NCBI GenBank assembly: GCA_000320545.1
Contig: ADNK01000184.1
Location: 1 to 45,223 of the forward strand
Direction of reading: 5' to 3'
Source: Bigelowiella natans CCMP2755
Lineage: Eukaryota; Protista; Cercozoa
Length of the DNA: 45,223 bases
This document shows positions 7,872-21,544 of the stretch, piece by piece. The notes below the pieces were generated by a model that was not told the origin of the DNA, made no database searches, and worked only from the letters and a program-made list of their open reading frames with translations. A program made the position numbers and the translations under genes. Numbering within the stretch: the stretch's first letter is position 1; each line of letters starts with the position of its first letter.

Positions 7872-9689
7872 TCACCTGCATCGCGAACCGCCCACCCCGC
7901 AACTTCCAACAGTTCGCTTTGCCTGACTTGTCACAACGTTTTCAACGCACAGGGCTTTGACCAGCCTTTGGACCAAAAAGCACTTGAGTCCTTTTGAGGA
8001 AAGGTGCTGTTCGCGCAGGTTCAGCAACATCGCCTCCCTGTCCATTGCCAAAACCACTTTCAACACGTCCTCCACCTTCTTTTTCGAACGACGCACCGAC
8101 TTCTTGCTCAGAAGATCACCGGACGTGTTGCTTTTCAAAGTTTCCTCAGCACCGCACGCCTCCTGAGACAAAACATTGCAATTGACACAAGTTTTGGAAA
8201 CAAAGACGTTGGGTTTTCCACTGACTTGAAACTTCGCATCTGCTGGGATGCCAATGACTGCTTTCTCTTTGACTTCGCTCAGTGGTGTCACTGCAAACAT
8301 CAAAAGGTGAAACGTTTGCGAAACACAGAATGAACTTGATGTCCCTGCAAAAAACACGAATTGAATGTGCACTGCACGCTGCCAAGATTCGCAAACACAC
8401 ACCAACACACGAAGTGTCAGTCTCACAGTTTTAGCCGCCGGCGCATCTCCTGACGAAATTGGAACGCACCTACTGTCTGAGGAACGGGTGTCTCATTTGA
8501 TTGAGAACTTGGAGGTTCTGTCACCTGAACTCTCTGCTGTGCTCTCTCTTGCAGCACTCGCGGCACCTTTTGAAGATGTACGCCTTTGTGGACTGCGAGA
8601 AACCTGTGCAATGAGGGAAAATGTGAAAAGTGAAACACCTTTCGTCTCCTCGATGATAAAAGCAATTTCACATTATGAGGTCCTTCGGCTCCGGGATGTC
8701 TTTTTCATTGATTGTCTGAGTGGGGGGAAAAAATCTTTATTTTGAAAACATCCAAAAATAAAATTAAAACCTTTCTCCGAAGTTCGTCATAAAGCGCAAA
8801 CTTAAATTTGGACTCGAAGTTGCTACGGTGTTGAGTATCAAGCTCTTTCATATCTCGATTCGAGCGAACGATAGAGGAACGCAATGGACCATTATTTCTA
8901 CCTCCTTTACGCTCGATTCGGTCTCTGCTTTGGCTCCCAGTTGGACCAGAGCGCTTGGTTGAGAAGGAGTTCCGGTAACTGCTCTGCTGGTTCCTGTTGT
9001 CTCTGCTTTGGCCACTTTCAGTATGGCTAGAGTGCCGGATAGAAGGGTTTTCCGAATAACTCTTGAACTTCCTCTTACGCCGATGACTTGCTTTGCGCGC
9101 TATTTTCCCGGATCCATCAGACATATTTCTACGTTTTGACATATGTCTGCAGTTGTTCGAAATTTCTCGTGGCTCATTATCCTCAAGATCTTGAGGAGCA
9201 GGAGGATATTTATCTTTGGGAGGTGCATTGTCTCTGGTATCTCTATTTCTGAATCCCGACTTCTCGATTTGCATTCGGTGGGATATATAACCTGTCGGAA
9301 ACATTCCCTTCTTTCCAGTACGCATATTAATACCCTTGATATGAGGTCGGAAGATAAATCTATTGTCAGACAAGAAGATACATTTGTAAAGTGTAAGTTC
9401 TCACCCAAGTCCACCCATCAGAGTACTTCTCCAATATTTTCACTGCGTCACTGCAAAATTATTGGATCTGAATCTTCACTCCTTTCACAACTCACAACGA
9501 ACCGAGTAAGAAAATAAAAGTGGTGATATATACACACCCTTCACGTAGAGGTATCTCGTCTTTCTTTTTCGGTATATATTTGTGCGCTGCCCAGCCCAGC
9601 GAAGGTGACTTTTGTTCGCTGGTGCTGCGGGCGATCCCCGTTTGCGTTCTGGACTTTTTTCTTGATCTGGGTGGAAGATGGTCACGCAT
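7872..9689 (-). CDS. Multi-exon protein with N-terminal SH3 and C-terminal SAP-like domain
   Basis: Spliced SH3: GWAAHKYIPKKKDEIPLREG|DAVKILEKYSDGWTW|GINMRTGKKGMFPTGYI. Basic low-complexity middle. SAP-like MDREAMLLNLREQHLSSKGLKCFLVQRLVKAL (~7955-8050). The last exons lie inside the TpA-free zone and the 3' end is uncertain. Confidence 0.7.
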
Positions 9690-9816
9690 TATCCGGGGCT
9701 CATTTGGATATTAGTTCGAGATTAGTTGATGAAGAAGATCTCTTACAATCTCTCACTGATCACCAACTACGCTATTCGTTCGATTATCGTACATCTTAAT
9801 TCTACGACATGGTTCA

Positions 9817-10678
9817 ATGGAGAAAAAAAATATAAATTGGCAACTTGGTGAAGAATCGCGTCACGACACAAACAGTTTCTGGACGAGTTGGCCAATGGCG
9901 GTAGGAAGGGTAGGGGGGGGCAGAGGAATGTGTGCCATCTAAATCCAAATTTGATATGCTAAATGATAAAGAATACGTGCTACAACGAGTAAATACAAGA
10001 ATCGGAAGATATTAATCTATTCTGAGAATAGAAGCTTTGTAGATAACTCTCGATATTATGGCTGTTCCTATCTTCAGGAGTCGGCAATCCAGTGGGTGTC
10101 GGACAATTTCGATTGGTTGTACGAGAAATGGTACTGCAGTTGCTGTGATAAGCTCAACGTCACAGGTATGAATGTTTTACCGCAAATAAGAAAGCTGAAA
10201 GACTTATTTTCATGGTCTCACGAACCTGTCCGAATTTGTAATTTGCAACACCGAACAAAAATTTCAATTACCATGAAAGGTTGCTGTTGTCCAAGCGAGA
10301 AGAATAGTGATAAATGGAATTATTGGACTTCGAAATGGGTATGTTGTATCAGTGGGATATAGAGGCTCCTTCGCTTCTAATTACGATTTGCCAGGTGCTA
10401 TGGCTGTACAACAAGATACCTGTGCCGGAAGAAGAGAAGAAAGTGGATAAATCACAGTTCTTCAACAATCATAAGTACAAAAATTGTGACCGAACAGCCG
10501 CCATATCACGCACATTGTCTTCACAGTCACGTGTTTGTTGTATCAGATTCGAGTTCCGCACCCGTGAAAAGCCAGAAAACCACAAGTGGTGTATCTGTTG
10601 TTGCTGGTGTCGCTACATATGTCAATTCAGGTTGCTGGATCCTCATACCACCCTACATCTAGTTAGAAATCCACTGAA

Positions 10679-10730
<52 letters not shown>

Positions 10731-12136
10731 CCAGGTGCGTGATGAAGAGGAGCTGTGGTTACACAATCTACAGCTGCGTTTCAGAGCCTTTAACAAAGTT
10801 CGGCATTTGCAGCATGTGTCTTCCCTGTTTTAGGGTACAACCCATTAGGAAGGTAATTTGCATCCCTTAGCATGTCAATAATGGATGTTGTCACACACAC
10901 AAGCACACTCCTATACTTTCTTTTCGAAGGTTCTTTTAGCTGGACTAAAGGGAAGTGGGAAAACGTTTCTGTTCCGTAAGCTCTTGACAAGAGCTGGTTC
11001 AGAGATTGTCGCACCTGATACAGGTGTTACTGGTGTTACTGTAAATAGAAGATATCGCCTCTCCTCCCGCTTATACACTTGTGCTGTGGAATCAATTTAC
11101 CTGGTGTTTCTTAACCTACAAAAGGCCCTTCAACAAGGGGGTTGGTCGACACTGTCGTCACGTTCAATTTGTGGCAAAAATATGAGGTAAGTTTTGGGCA
11201 AAATGTGTTTCTTGCGCCAGCAGGCGGAAAGATACACGAACTCGAAGCTATAGAACACTACTGTCTGTCCCCAATTTGAGTGACGAAGTTGTTGACTGAC
11301 TTAGGTATTTGACATCGGTGGTGATGACACCCAGCGTCAATTTTGGAGAACTTATTACAGCCTCATGGTATAAGACAAAATCATGATACTTGTATTAAAA
11401 GATAATACGAATAACAATTTGGTGTATCATCATCGGTAGGTGAAATTCGACACGGTTGTCTACTGCATCGACGCAACGCAGTATTTACGGACAAACTTCG
11501 CCGATGAAATCGTGAATAAGGAGAGGCAGGTGGTTCATCATCATCATCCTTGTCTCCTAATTTGTACTGAGAAGAGCTTTTGTACACATTTCTTCAGGAG
11601 ATTCATAAGATACTTGCTTCACCAGAGCTCAGGCCAGCACAGGTCAATCATTCGTATGATTCAATGAAAACGTGTAGTTACAGGCTGATGATATGGGGTT
11701 TTGTGATGCCTTGTAATTGTTAGATTATATGCTACCTGGTCTTTCGAGATGCTGGTTCAAACTTAAGCTGGAAAGAGAAAGAACGTAATCATATTGATTT
11801 AACCTGTCCTAATATTGCACTCAGTAGCTGCAAGAAAATATATTTGAAGGTGCATAATATGTAATATAGGCAAGGGCCGCGAAATCTTATCGACATTAGA
11901 GGTCCGTGTTCGCGAGAATCAAGACCAGAGCAGAACAAAGTTCCCGCAACAACGAGTATTCCATTCTTCTTAGAATCAAGTTGAAAAGGTTGCTGAAATA
12001 TTGAAACATTAAACAGGTTTTTTTCGTGGCCGATTACAAAGAGCTTCTGCATAAACTTAAAATCGACTCGGATATTCACGGGAATGGACTTCTCGAAGAC
12101 AATGATGAGGACGATGATGGTGAAAATTACGTGTAA
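9817..12136 (+). CDS. ARF/ARL-family small GTPase with Cys-rich N-terminal extension
   Basis: Exons encode VLLAGLKGSGKT (P-loop, ~10930), VFDIGGDDTQRQFWRTYY (~11305), VVYCIDAT, EIHKILASPEL. Start and end approximate. Confidence 0.75.
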
Positions 12137-12849
12137 TGCAGAGCAAACCTGAACACTATAAGAGAAGCACTCTGAAATCCAGTGTGTATTTTAGTGTATG
12201 TATTCCTGATTGTATGTTGCCATTGTGAGCAGCTGCGCGCCCAGCGGCTGTATAAGCACTTATCGCGCGAATGATCGCGGAGCGCACAACTAAGCTTTTT
12301 GTGCGGCCGAAACGAATGTGCGCAAGCTCATGCAACGACGGCGTCAATGCGATGACAGTCGAAAATGAAAACTCTTCTGCAAAGCGCACCGCCGTATATG
12401 CCCCCGCGGTGCGCGCTACCGTATGTGTACGATAGTACGTACAGCGTGCGGCATGGGTGTGCACACAAGCGTGATGCTATGTGCATGTCATTATATCATT
12501 GCAGCGCCTCATGCTACGCTAGCATGTTGCCTGCTTGCAGCTTGCGCACATCACATATAGCATCCGCATCGATCACGGCCAGCATGCAATGCGCTGTGCA
12601 CAACCTGCATGCACGCGAACTGCTTAATTACATGCCTGCCCAACGTCTTGTAGTTTATGCAGAAATTTCATTGCGTGCAGATCATTATTAGGCCTACTAG
12701 CTACTATGCCTGCTGGGATACAATCTAGCAATGCGCGCGAGGTGACCCCCGTGCTCAGCTAATAAGCTTCAAATGACTGTAAGAATCTGCCATATTCCTA
12801 ATAATTGCTATCGCACAGTACATGCAGCCTTGCACGGATCCAGCTAAGA

Positions 12850-13919
12850 ACACTACGATAAACCATGACCACAATCAATATTGCCTTCAACCTTACTGCT
12901 CACGATCATCTTATACCCCCCTCGTCTTCTTATTACTATAACGATGATAGTCCTCTTTGTAGAACCGAGAGCCCCTAAAATCGACGGAGATAATTTCTTT
13001 TCAGTGTACTATTCAGGTGCATAAACAATGGTCGTAGATATAAAATACACGTATTTTTCAAGCAGATTCCCAATATATCTATCATCTTTCTAAGCAAATA
13101 CAGCAGGAAGAAAGACCCACTTAATTTTTGTTAATCTCTTCTAATATTGAAGGGAAATATATACAATCTCCATGTGACAAAATTTCAATCTAAAATTTGG
13201 AAGTTAGTTGAATACTTTGGAAGTTTCCGTATCCGTTTTGCTTTGATTCTTCTTCTTTCTTCTTCCGATAGATCTTTGAGGGAGATCCAGCTAGCGAAGC
13301 GACACCAAAATACAAGAAAATGACAACAAAATACAACGAGAGAATAAAATAGGAAGTAGTATCGGAATTGAGGAAAAATACGATCTCCGCAGAGACCAGT
13401 CTTGCATTTCGGCATGAGTTATGTTCGCATCCTCATATACACTGCTGCCTTTTCACCATCATCGATAGCTATCATCATAATAACTAAATGTGTATTGCAT
13501 AAGAGGCTTTGCATCATACCCAAGTTCAAGCATTTCGTCTCTCACTTCGTCGGCAGGATCTATGCGCCCCGACAGGTACAGCTGTACATCACACACATGT
13601 TTGGAAAATCATCAGCAGTGCCGCGTGGCTCTCCGCCGCCGTCGCTATCATCGACGGTGACGTGGCAAATGGAGAAAAACAACGCAGTAGCAGTAGTAGT
13701 GGTAGTCGTTGTATTGAGGTGCTAAAAAATCTAACGAATTTCAGCCCATAAATTGATGCATTCCAAGCACAAAATCGAAGCAGCAGGTATTAGATATCGT
13801 CGCAATTGGGCAGCAGCAGTAGCAGGCACTACCTTATTTGTGGATTCTATCGTCCCATCAATTTCCTCGGGCAATAGAATGGCTGGAAGCCTCCCTTCAC
13901 GTCGTCAACATCGCCACAT

Positions 13920-13956
<37 letters not shown>

Positions 13957-14117
13957 TATAATATGGATACGTATATACATATATTGATGCTTTGTAGGGG
14001 ATGAGAGTGCATGGTATTTGGAAATAATAACGAGAATATTAGCCATAACCAGCATCAAATGATAGCGCATATATCGAAACGATAATGTCAATTACATGCA
14101 TGGATTTGGTGAGTTAG

Positions 14118-14186
<69 letters not shown>

Positions 14187-15072
14187 GTGTGAATGTGTGA
14201 CAGGTTATAAGAAGAATAGTGGTTGTGGTAAACATTGTGATGGATGAATCAGTCGCTACTACTACTACTACCCGTAATAGACGGTGATACGTACGATCTA
14301 GATGCTTTGAACTTCTTTATGGCCTCTCTCTTCAAAGAACGCTCTTTCAGCATTTGCTCTCTCTCAATCGACGCATTAGCATATCTGTGGAAGCAATAGC
14401 CACACAAACGAAGTGACGAGATTATACAACGACAAGAAACAAGTTTGTGTGTGTACCGCCTCGCCGATTCTTTTCTTTCCTCGTCCCAATCATCCTATTC
14501 ATATCACACCCGATGATTTCTTGCATAGATTCATCTTAATGCACTTGCTTTCCCTGATACTATGACTTGTGTGTTTAATTACGGTACAACAAAGGCTTGC
14601 ACAGGATTATTTATTATCATTAACAGTATCAATAATCATCATCATCATCATCATCATATTCCTCGCAGCCTCGCCTAAGGAAATCGTCGTAGTAGTATTG
14701 ATGAAATGAATGGGGCAGTAGATGATCATGACGATCCAATTTGTATAGATTCTCCCCCCTCCCCTCCATACATCGAAGAGGAGAATACCAAACGTCTTCC
14801 AAACATTAATATCGACTACTTCATGCTACCGGGTCAGTTTCATCAAGGTTCTTTTTCTTCATCTCCCTTCGCTCAGCCTATATTTTCATACACGACTTAA
14901 TACTACATTGCCTGTGCTATCAGGCGCGCAGTTTAATTATAGCAGCTCTCACTCTTGAGCGTATACTCACATAACCCATAATTCCATTTCCTCCTCGCCT
15001 CCCCTCCACCCTCTTAACACATTCCAGTACGACCCTCTTTAGCAGCGCTAATCGTCGCTGCTTGCGTAACAT
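12850..15072 (-). CDS. Hypothetical multi-exon protein
   Basis: Short GT-AG-bounded coding-like exons (AERREMKKKNLDETDP; LYLSGRIDPADEVRDEMLELGYDAKPLMQYTF; VYEDANITHAEMQDWSLRR; WISLKDLSEEERRRIKAKRIRKLPK). No family recognised and boundaries approximate. Confidence 0.5.
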
Positions 15073-15364
15073 GGCTTGATGCTTTTCCCTCCCTCCGCCA
15101 AACCTTTTGTTGTTGTTGTTGTTGTTGTTGTTATGTAAGAGCTGGTAGACATACGTACTGCGAGGATATTTTGGTGTGAGTTGGGAGGGGAGACGTGTAG
15201 GAAGACTTAGTACTACTGCTTGATACCAAGAGTTAAGCTGTACAAAAGCTTCAACTTGTGCTGTCACTTTAACCATTATTACTGCAAATCCTACTACTGC
15301 TGCTACTACTACTACTACTACTACTACTACTGTTACTACTGTTACTACTGCTGCTGCAGATAAA

Positions 15365-15478
15365 TTACTTCCAAGCTCTTGACCCAGGCCTTGGCGGCTT
15401 TGGCCCCCCGTGCATATCATCATACTCCTTCTCTATCCTGCGGTCGTCGTGTTGATGTGTAGTAGATTCAGCAAGAGA

Positions 15479-15524
<46 letters not shown>

Positions 15525-15896
15525 CGGTATTCTCCTTCCTCATTTGCACAGTTATGAACAAGCCATACTTACTACTACCACCACCACTATCATCACCCCA
15601 TCATCATCATCATCATCGTCGTTATCAATCCCCATCAATGCATACACACCTCTTAAACTGTGCTAATCTTTCTCGGCTTGGTTTATGTCCCAGCGCAGCA
15701 CAGTCCTCGTATATCTTGACTGCGTGGCTGTGGTTTTGCTGAAGCGACATTATGGAAGTATCAAATGACAACAATCAGTGGTTCAGATCTATATGTGATA
15801 TAACTTAATGTAATGTTATAAATGGCCACCAGCTGTACCTTCAGGGCAATAAACAATACGATTGGTATTCTGATAATATACATACACACACACTAA

Positions 15897-15937
<41 letters not shown>

Positions 15938-16328
15938 TGACGATTATCATCGCACTACGACGACCTTGACTCCCAAGCCTTCTTCATAGGCAAAACCTGG
16001 TGGAGGGGGGATGGAGGGAGGGGAGGAGAAACTTTATCAATCCACGATATTGCAGATTCTTACGGCAGAATACTTTACTTATTTACAAAGCACGATTTAC
16101 CGATGTAGCTCTTTGCCTCAAAATCGCCTTCTTTATCAGCGTCTGTAAGACTAATCACAAACAACATTCATTGGATAAGACATTACATCAAAACGTAGAA
16201 GAAGAAGAAGAAGAATAAGCACAAGCCGTACACTCTTCTTGCTAGCAAGGATTCTCATCGGCACACAACCAAAATTCAAAATTCCTCCTCAGTAGTTTAT
16301 TCATAAATACACGATGGAAAGGGTTTCA

Positions 16329-16364
<36 letters not shown>

Positions 16365-16493
16365 CTGCGTATTGTGAGAAAGACGAACATTCTACTTATA
16401 TGTAGTAGCAAGATGATTGCTACTGTCCTTACAATATATATGCTGCCTCCCTCACACATCTGGCAGCAGCACACTCTCAACAACAATCAATAT

Positions 16494-16531
<38 letters not shown>

Positions 16532-16771
16532 TATTTCTACTCTAGCATGATTACAGGTTAAGCATTACTATTGGAGAGCTGCAATATGGTTTGTTGGAGT
16601 CCCATCTCCAAACATTAGGGCAAGACCTAGCGAGCAAATTATAACAACGAACACACAGCCAACTTTCACACAATAATAGAAACACAACGAAGTAACAAGA
16701 ATTGGGGGGAGGGAATGAACATAGAGCTTCTTATATATCATAGGTGCTGATGCTGCTACTGCTCCCGTCGT

Positions 16772-16808
<37 letters not shown>

Positions 16809-17208
16809 GCTACCGGTATAAAACTTGGATCTCGTGTGGTTTAAATCCGCTGCCTGCAAGAGACCGAACAAGTCTTTCATCTCTCCATAGTATTGCGTAT
16901 GCACAACAATCATCATCATCATCATCATCGCGATCATCAGCAATCAGGCCAAAGGCCGAATAAGCACGGAAATCTTCATTTAACTGCAGTATCCATCGAA
17001 GCAGAGTTGTTCGCAATACAAAGCGCAAAGGGGGAAGAACCCATTCTCGAGATCAACGGCACCAACAACGCATGAGAGACAACAACGGACAGCAGCAAAC
17101 CAGCAACAAACCAGTTTGAAGTATTCGAAAGCTTTGGTCTCATTGCGATCGACAGGAACTTCGCCATTGGCATAGTGGCAGCTAAGAAGACGCACAACGA
17201 AGTGCGTT

Positions 17209-17249
<41 letters not shown>

Positions 17250-17694
17250 ACGTGGAAGATTCAAGATTGTCCTTCTCAGTGAAAATGATTAGGAACGACA
17301 CAAGCATCCTCAGAATCAACGACATCATCATCATCACTACCACCAACAACAACGTTTTGATCATCATTTCCATCAGAATCAAATAATGGATGAGTGTGAT
17401 GTTGGAAGAAGGAACAACAAGAAGAGAAAAGTAGATGAGAAAAGGGCAGGAGGAGAAGAGAAAAACCACCCTAGCTTGAAGAGGGCCTCCACATTGCCTT
17501 GTTCTGCTCCTTTTTTGTACCACTGGAAGGCAATAGCAGGATCCCGTTTGCTCTAATCAGACAACATCCAATATATCCAAAAACAGCACAGAAACGAATC
17601 AATCGAGTGCAATGAAGAAGGCAATGGCATGCTCATCAACACGGTGCTGATTTACACCAAGAAGGACAGCAACAACGGCAGCATCAAGCTCCAC

Positions 17695-17740
<46 letters not shown>

Positions 17741-18407
17741 TTCCCTTCTCTCCTACCTCGAATTCTGCTATTTGCACCATCAGCTCTGCGTGTGCTCGAG
17801 GCTCCGGAAGGAGTAATTCCCCCGGATGTGGACGCGCAAGCGCTGGCTGCTCTCTTGAGGATACTCGAGTAAGTCTCCTCCGCATATGCCTTGGTAGCTT
17901 TGCTATAAAGTACTTCTCGAAAGCCTCTTCCATCAACTCGTTGCTGACCTTCCTGACTACATGATCATGCCCATGCTTCAGTGCCACCTTCAGCCTTTTC
18001 ACTTCCTTCTTGAGCCTCTTGTTATCTTCTTCTCTCCCCCCGTTCAAATCCCTCTTTAGCTGTATGAATTCTTGCACCGGATCTGCACGGAAGAAAGAAC
18101 AACGAGAGATCGATGACAACAACAGAGAGAAAGGTGGAGAAGGTGGGATTAGTAACTTAATCCATTTGGCGACGACTATGATGATGATGATGAAGAAGAA
18201 GCAGAATTCTGGTACAAACGTACATACACAGCAAATATATAAGGTGGTAGCACCTTGATCCCCCCAGGGCTGTAGGTTTATCGCCTCTCGTTTATCTCTC
18301 TTCTCCATTCGTATCTGCACACAGCAATAGCACATATTATATTAACCTCGTACCCTTTTGCCAAATCATATCATTTTATCAGCATTCTCGCCATCATCAT
18401 GATCATG

Positions 18408-18442
<35 letters not shown>

Positions 18443-18869
18443 TGGGAGAGCGGCCACAACTCTGCTTCGATGAGGTTAAGTGCCTTCATGATGGAGACTC
18501 TAAACAAAATATGATCGAGGCAAAATACGGCTGCTTTGCTTCATAAGTGCGCTCACCTTCTTCGCAACGAATCTTGGGTGTGGTAAAGAATGCCCCCTGA
18601 CCATATATCCGAACAGCAGCACTTCTCACAACGGCTTCAGTACAAAGCCACATGCAATTGATGAAGTTGTCATCATCGTCATCATCATCATCGTCATCAT
18701 CTTTCCTTCTTCTTCTTCTTCTTCTTCTTCTTCTTCTTCTTCGTCATCGTAAATGGTATGAACAACGTTCACGTACAAGTCCTTGTAGAGCTGTTGGTAT
18801 TTATCTCCTTCCACCATTTTCTCTTCGTATTCGCTATCGGACCAGTCTCTGATAATATTTATAAATTAA

Positions 18870-18956
<87 letters not shown>

Positions 18957-19471
18957 ACAATCAGCACTAGTACACGCACACATTAGATATACTACAACCT
19001 CAATCTGATCTCCCCCGTCGAATTGTCAATCGGAGCCCTGTCCAAGAGCACTTTCGTAGGGTCTTGGCGAGGTGGCTGGAATCTGATGATGAAGAAGAAG
19101 AATAAGAAGACATGGTGATGTATCATCATGATAGCCATTCCTATTGTTGTCATCGTCGAATAAGCCGTAGTTATAGAGCAGTACTGTGTGTGTGACTGTC
19201 TTTAGTTGTCGCTGCGTTGTGGCACAACTGGCTATATAATTCTTCTTCTTCTTCTTCTTCTTCTTCTTCTTCTTCTTTTTCCCTCCTTTAAGCACTTGCT
19301 CACTTCTTCTTCCTCTTTCTGTCAAGCTTGGCCAGATGTGCCTTGGTCATTCGAACAGAGGGGTCATTCCTCACGAAATCGTTCCTTCTCTTGGCGAAGT
19401 ATCTGTAAGAAGACATCATCACTGAGATTGTTGCTGTTATATGACCATTGCTCTGTTTTCATTTTTCAACA

Positions 19472-19502
<31 letters not shown>

Positions 19503-20528
19503 GATCATCACTGAATAGAGATATTGGAATATCTGCTGCTAAGCTGTTGCTATCATTTAGTTTTTCTTTCTTCCCCTTTCAGTGTATGTGAATGTTTCTT
19601 GCCCTTGGCTGTATTGCAGAACAGAGAACATGCCATCGTTGTTTTTGTTTATGTGTAGCAATTTATAATATCAAAGATTGCAACAATCAATCTGTGCTCT
19701 TACTTAAGATCCTTAGTCTTTACACTAGGGTCGTCCTTCGCGAACGAGTATGATATAAATTACAAAGAAACAACACAGCAAAGCAGAAGAAATAACAATT
19801 AGTTGCTACCACCACCACCACAATTACCACGATTACCAACGACTGTGTAGTTGGTTTAACAAGTGACCACCACGATTACCAACGACTGTGTAGTTGGTTT
19901 AACAGGTGACGACGAACACACCGTTGCATCATTTTACAATAATAATATCAAATTTAATGCGAACAACGAAAGTAATGATAACCAACATGAACACCCTACA
20001 GATCACATTAATTTACGCACGATTCTCGTTGTTTTGGGCAGCCGCATTTTTCGTTGCTTTGTGGCTGGAAGAGCAAGGAGACGAGGATGATGATGTCGAC
20101 TACGGGGAAATAGTAATAAATTGAAGGGGGAGTATGAGAAGACTCTATCTTCCTCATTTCGATCTTCGATTTCATGTTGATGTTGCTGCTTCTGGTGTAA
20201 ACTTGGAAAGGCTACGACAGCGACGAGCATGAAACAAGCCAGTGCAAATAGGAGGGTTCCAACGGCTGCTTGGAACCGCCTTGTCGGGGATGATGATGAT
20301 GATGCTGATGATGATGACGCATGTCTGGAATTTCTGCTCCTCCTGGTGCGATAATTCGCTACGAAACACTGAGATGTAGGTGAAGAAATGAAGATCAGAA
20401 AATTCAGTAAAAGCGCAGCAGAAGTACTTCAATTATCATCCCAGGCTACGACACACCATGAGCATCGATTAAGATGATCACATAACTACATAGCTTAGTG
20501 TGAAGGACAGTTCCACCACAATATCACT

Positions 20529-20567
<39 letters not shown>

Positions 20568-20899
20568 TATCAAAGAATGTTTTTTTGACTTGCTGCTGGT
20601 ACTGTCGCTGAGGTTGCACCATTTGCTTCTGGTTGACGATGAAATTACGAGGAGTAGCACGCACACTGAACAGTTACAACAATCGTCCCTTAAAAAAAAA
20701 ATGAAAAGGATAGCTTACACTGACTAATATACGAAGAAGCTCTTCCGAAGACAGACACACTAATCGAAATGCAGTTGATTTGATGTGTAAATACAGGTTC
20801 ACCTTTTTCACCCTTCTTCTTCTTCTTCTTCTCTCTCACGCAGCTCCCAAGATGATCTCTCTCCTTGAATCTTCCTGGAGTGTACTGGGAGGGGTCCAT
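15365..20899 (-). CDS. Sel1-like repeat protein (multi-exon)
   Basis: Exons give Sel1 repeats: RDPAIAFQWYKKGAEQGNVEALFKLG (~17500), CHYANGEVPVDRNETKAFEYFK (~17150), GLALMFGDGTPTNHIAAL, GFAYEEGLGVK, NHSHAVKIYEDCAALGH. Stop TAA at 15365-15367. Linkage of the 5' exons is uncertain. Confidence 0.7.
19826..19908. repeat. Two-copy tandem duplication, period 43 bp
   Basis: ACCACGATTACCAACGACTGTGTAGTTGGTTTAACARGTG occurs twice with one mismatch. Confidence 0.85.
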
Positions 20900-21544
20900 G
20901 GTACCATCATTTCGTTTATGCGTTTGCGTTCACCCCTATCACCACCACTGATGTCCTTGGGAACAGACCGCGCTGGGTTCGGGCATTTCAATATTTTGAT
21001 TTAGAAATTATTTCTACGAAGTTCTTGGTATAAAATACGAATAAAACTAAACTTCCGAGGAGCTGAAGGTCTGTTGTGAGTATGTAAGACAGAAAGATTT
21101 CACGAATATTTTGACGAAATATAAAATATTCGGTATTTGTTTAATGCGACATCAATAAGTACGATTTTCTGTATTTTTTTGGATTCCGATCAGTCACTTT
21201 TGGATTCCGAAGAGCGGAACAGATAGGGCTTGGCTCGACGACTCCTTGCAAACAAAGGACTCAAAACAGGAGGAGGGGGGCCACACGACGGAACTGATCC
21301 AACCGCAGAGCGCAGGATCATCCTGTGCGATAGTTTTCGAAAAGAGATCCCGGAAATTTGTAGATGGAGAGAGACTCTGTCAGTGACAATCACTCACCGG
21401 AAACAAACAATGAGAAATCCACCGGTCTTTGCAAGTTTCGTGCTGTTCTTGCTGTCCAATGTAACAATGACATCAGAATCGAGGAGTTTTCAGAGATACC
21501 GGGTGGGAATCTTACGACTTCGTGCCGGAGCTAACGAGCGCACA

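Larger units (their letters stand above)
1..8431. other. TpA-depleted hypermutated domain (TA->TG/CA)
   Basis: Manual scan finds only about 30 TA dinucleotides in 8.4 kb (roughly 500 expected at even base composition) and none between ~6190 and 8431. TA returns at 8432 and is at normal density by ~8740. CA and TG are abundant and CG is retained. Confidence 0.95.

Noticed and set aside
1-8431. Dense overlapping ORFs in all six frames, rich in C, H, M and T
   Set aside because: Artefact of losing TAA/TAG stops in TpA-free DNA. Only the Gag-Pol frame and the spliced host exons have recognisable motifs.
19826-19908. CRISPR-like repeat
   Set aside because: Only two adjacent copies with no spacer, in a eukaryotic gene; a simple tandem duplication.
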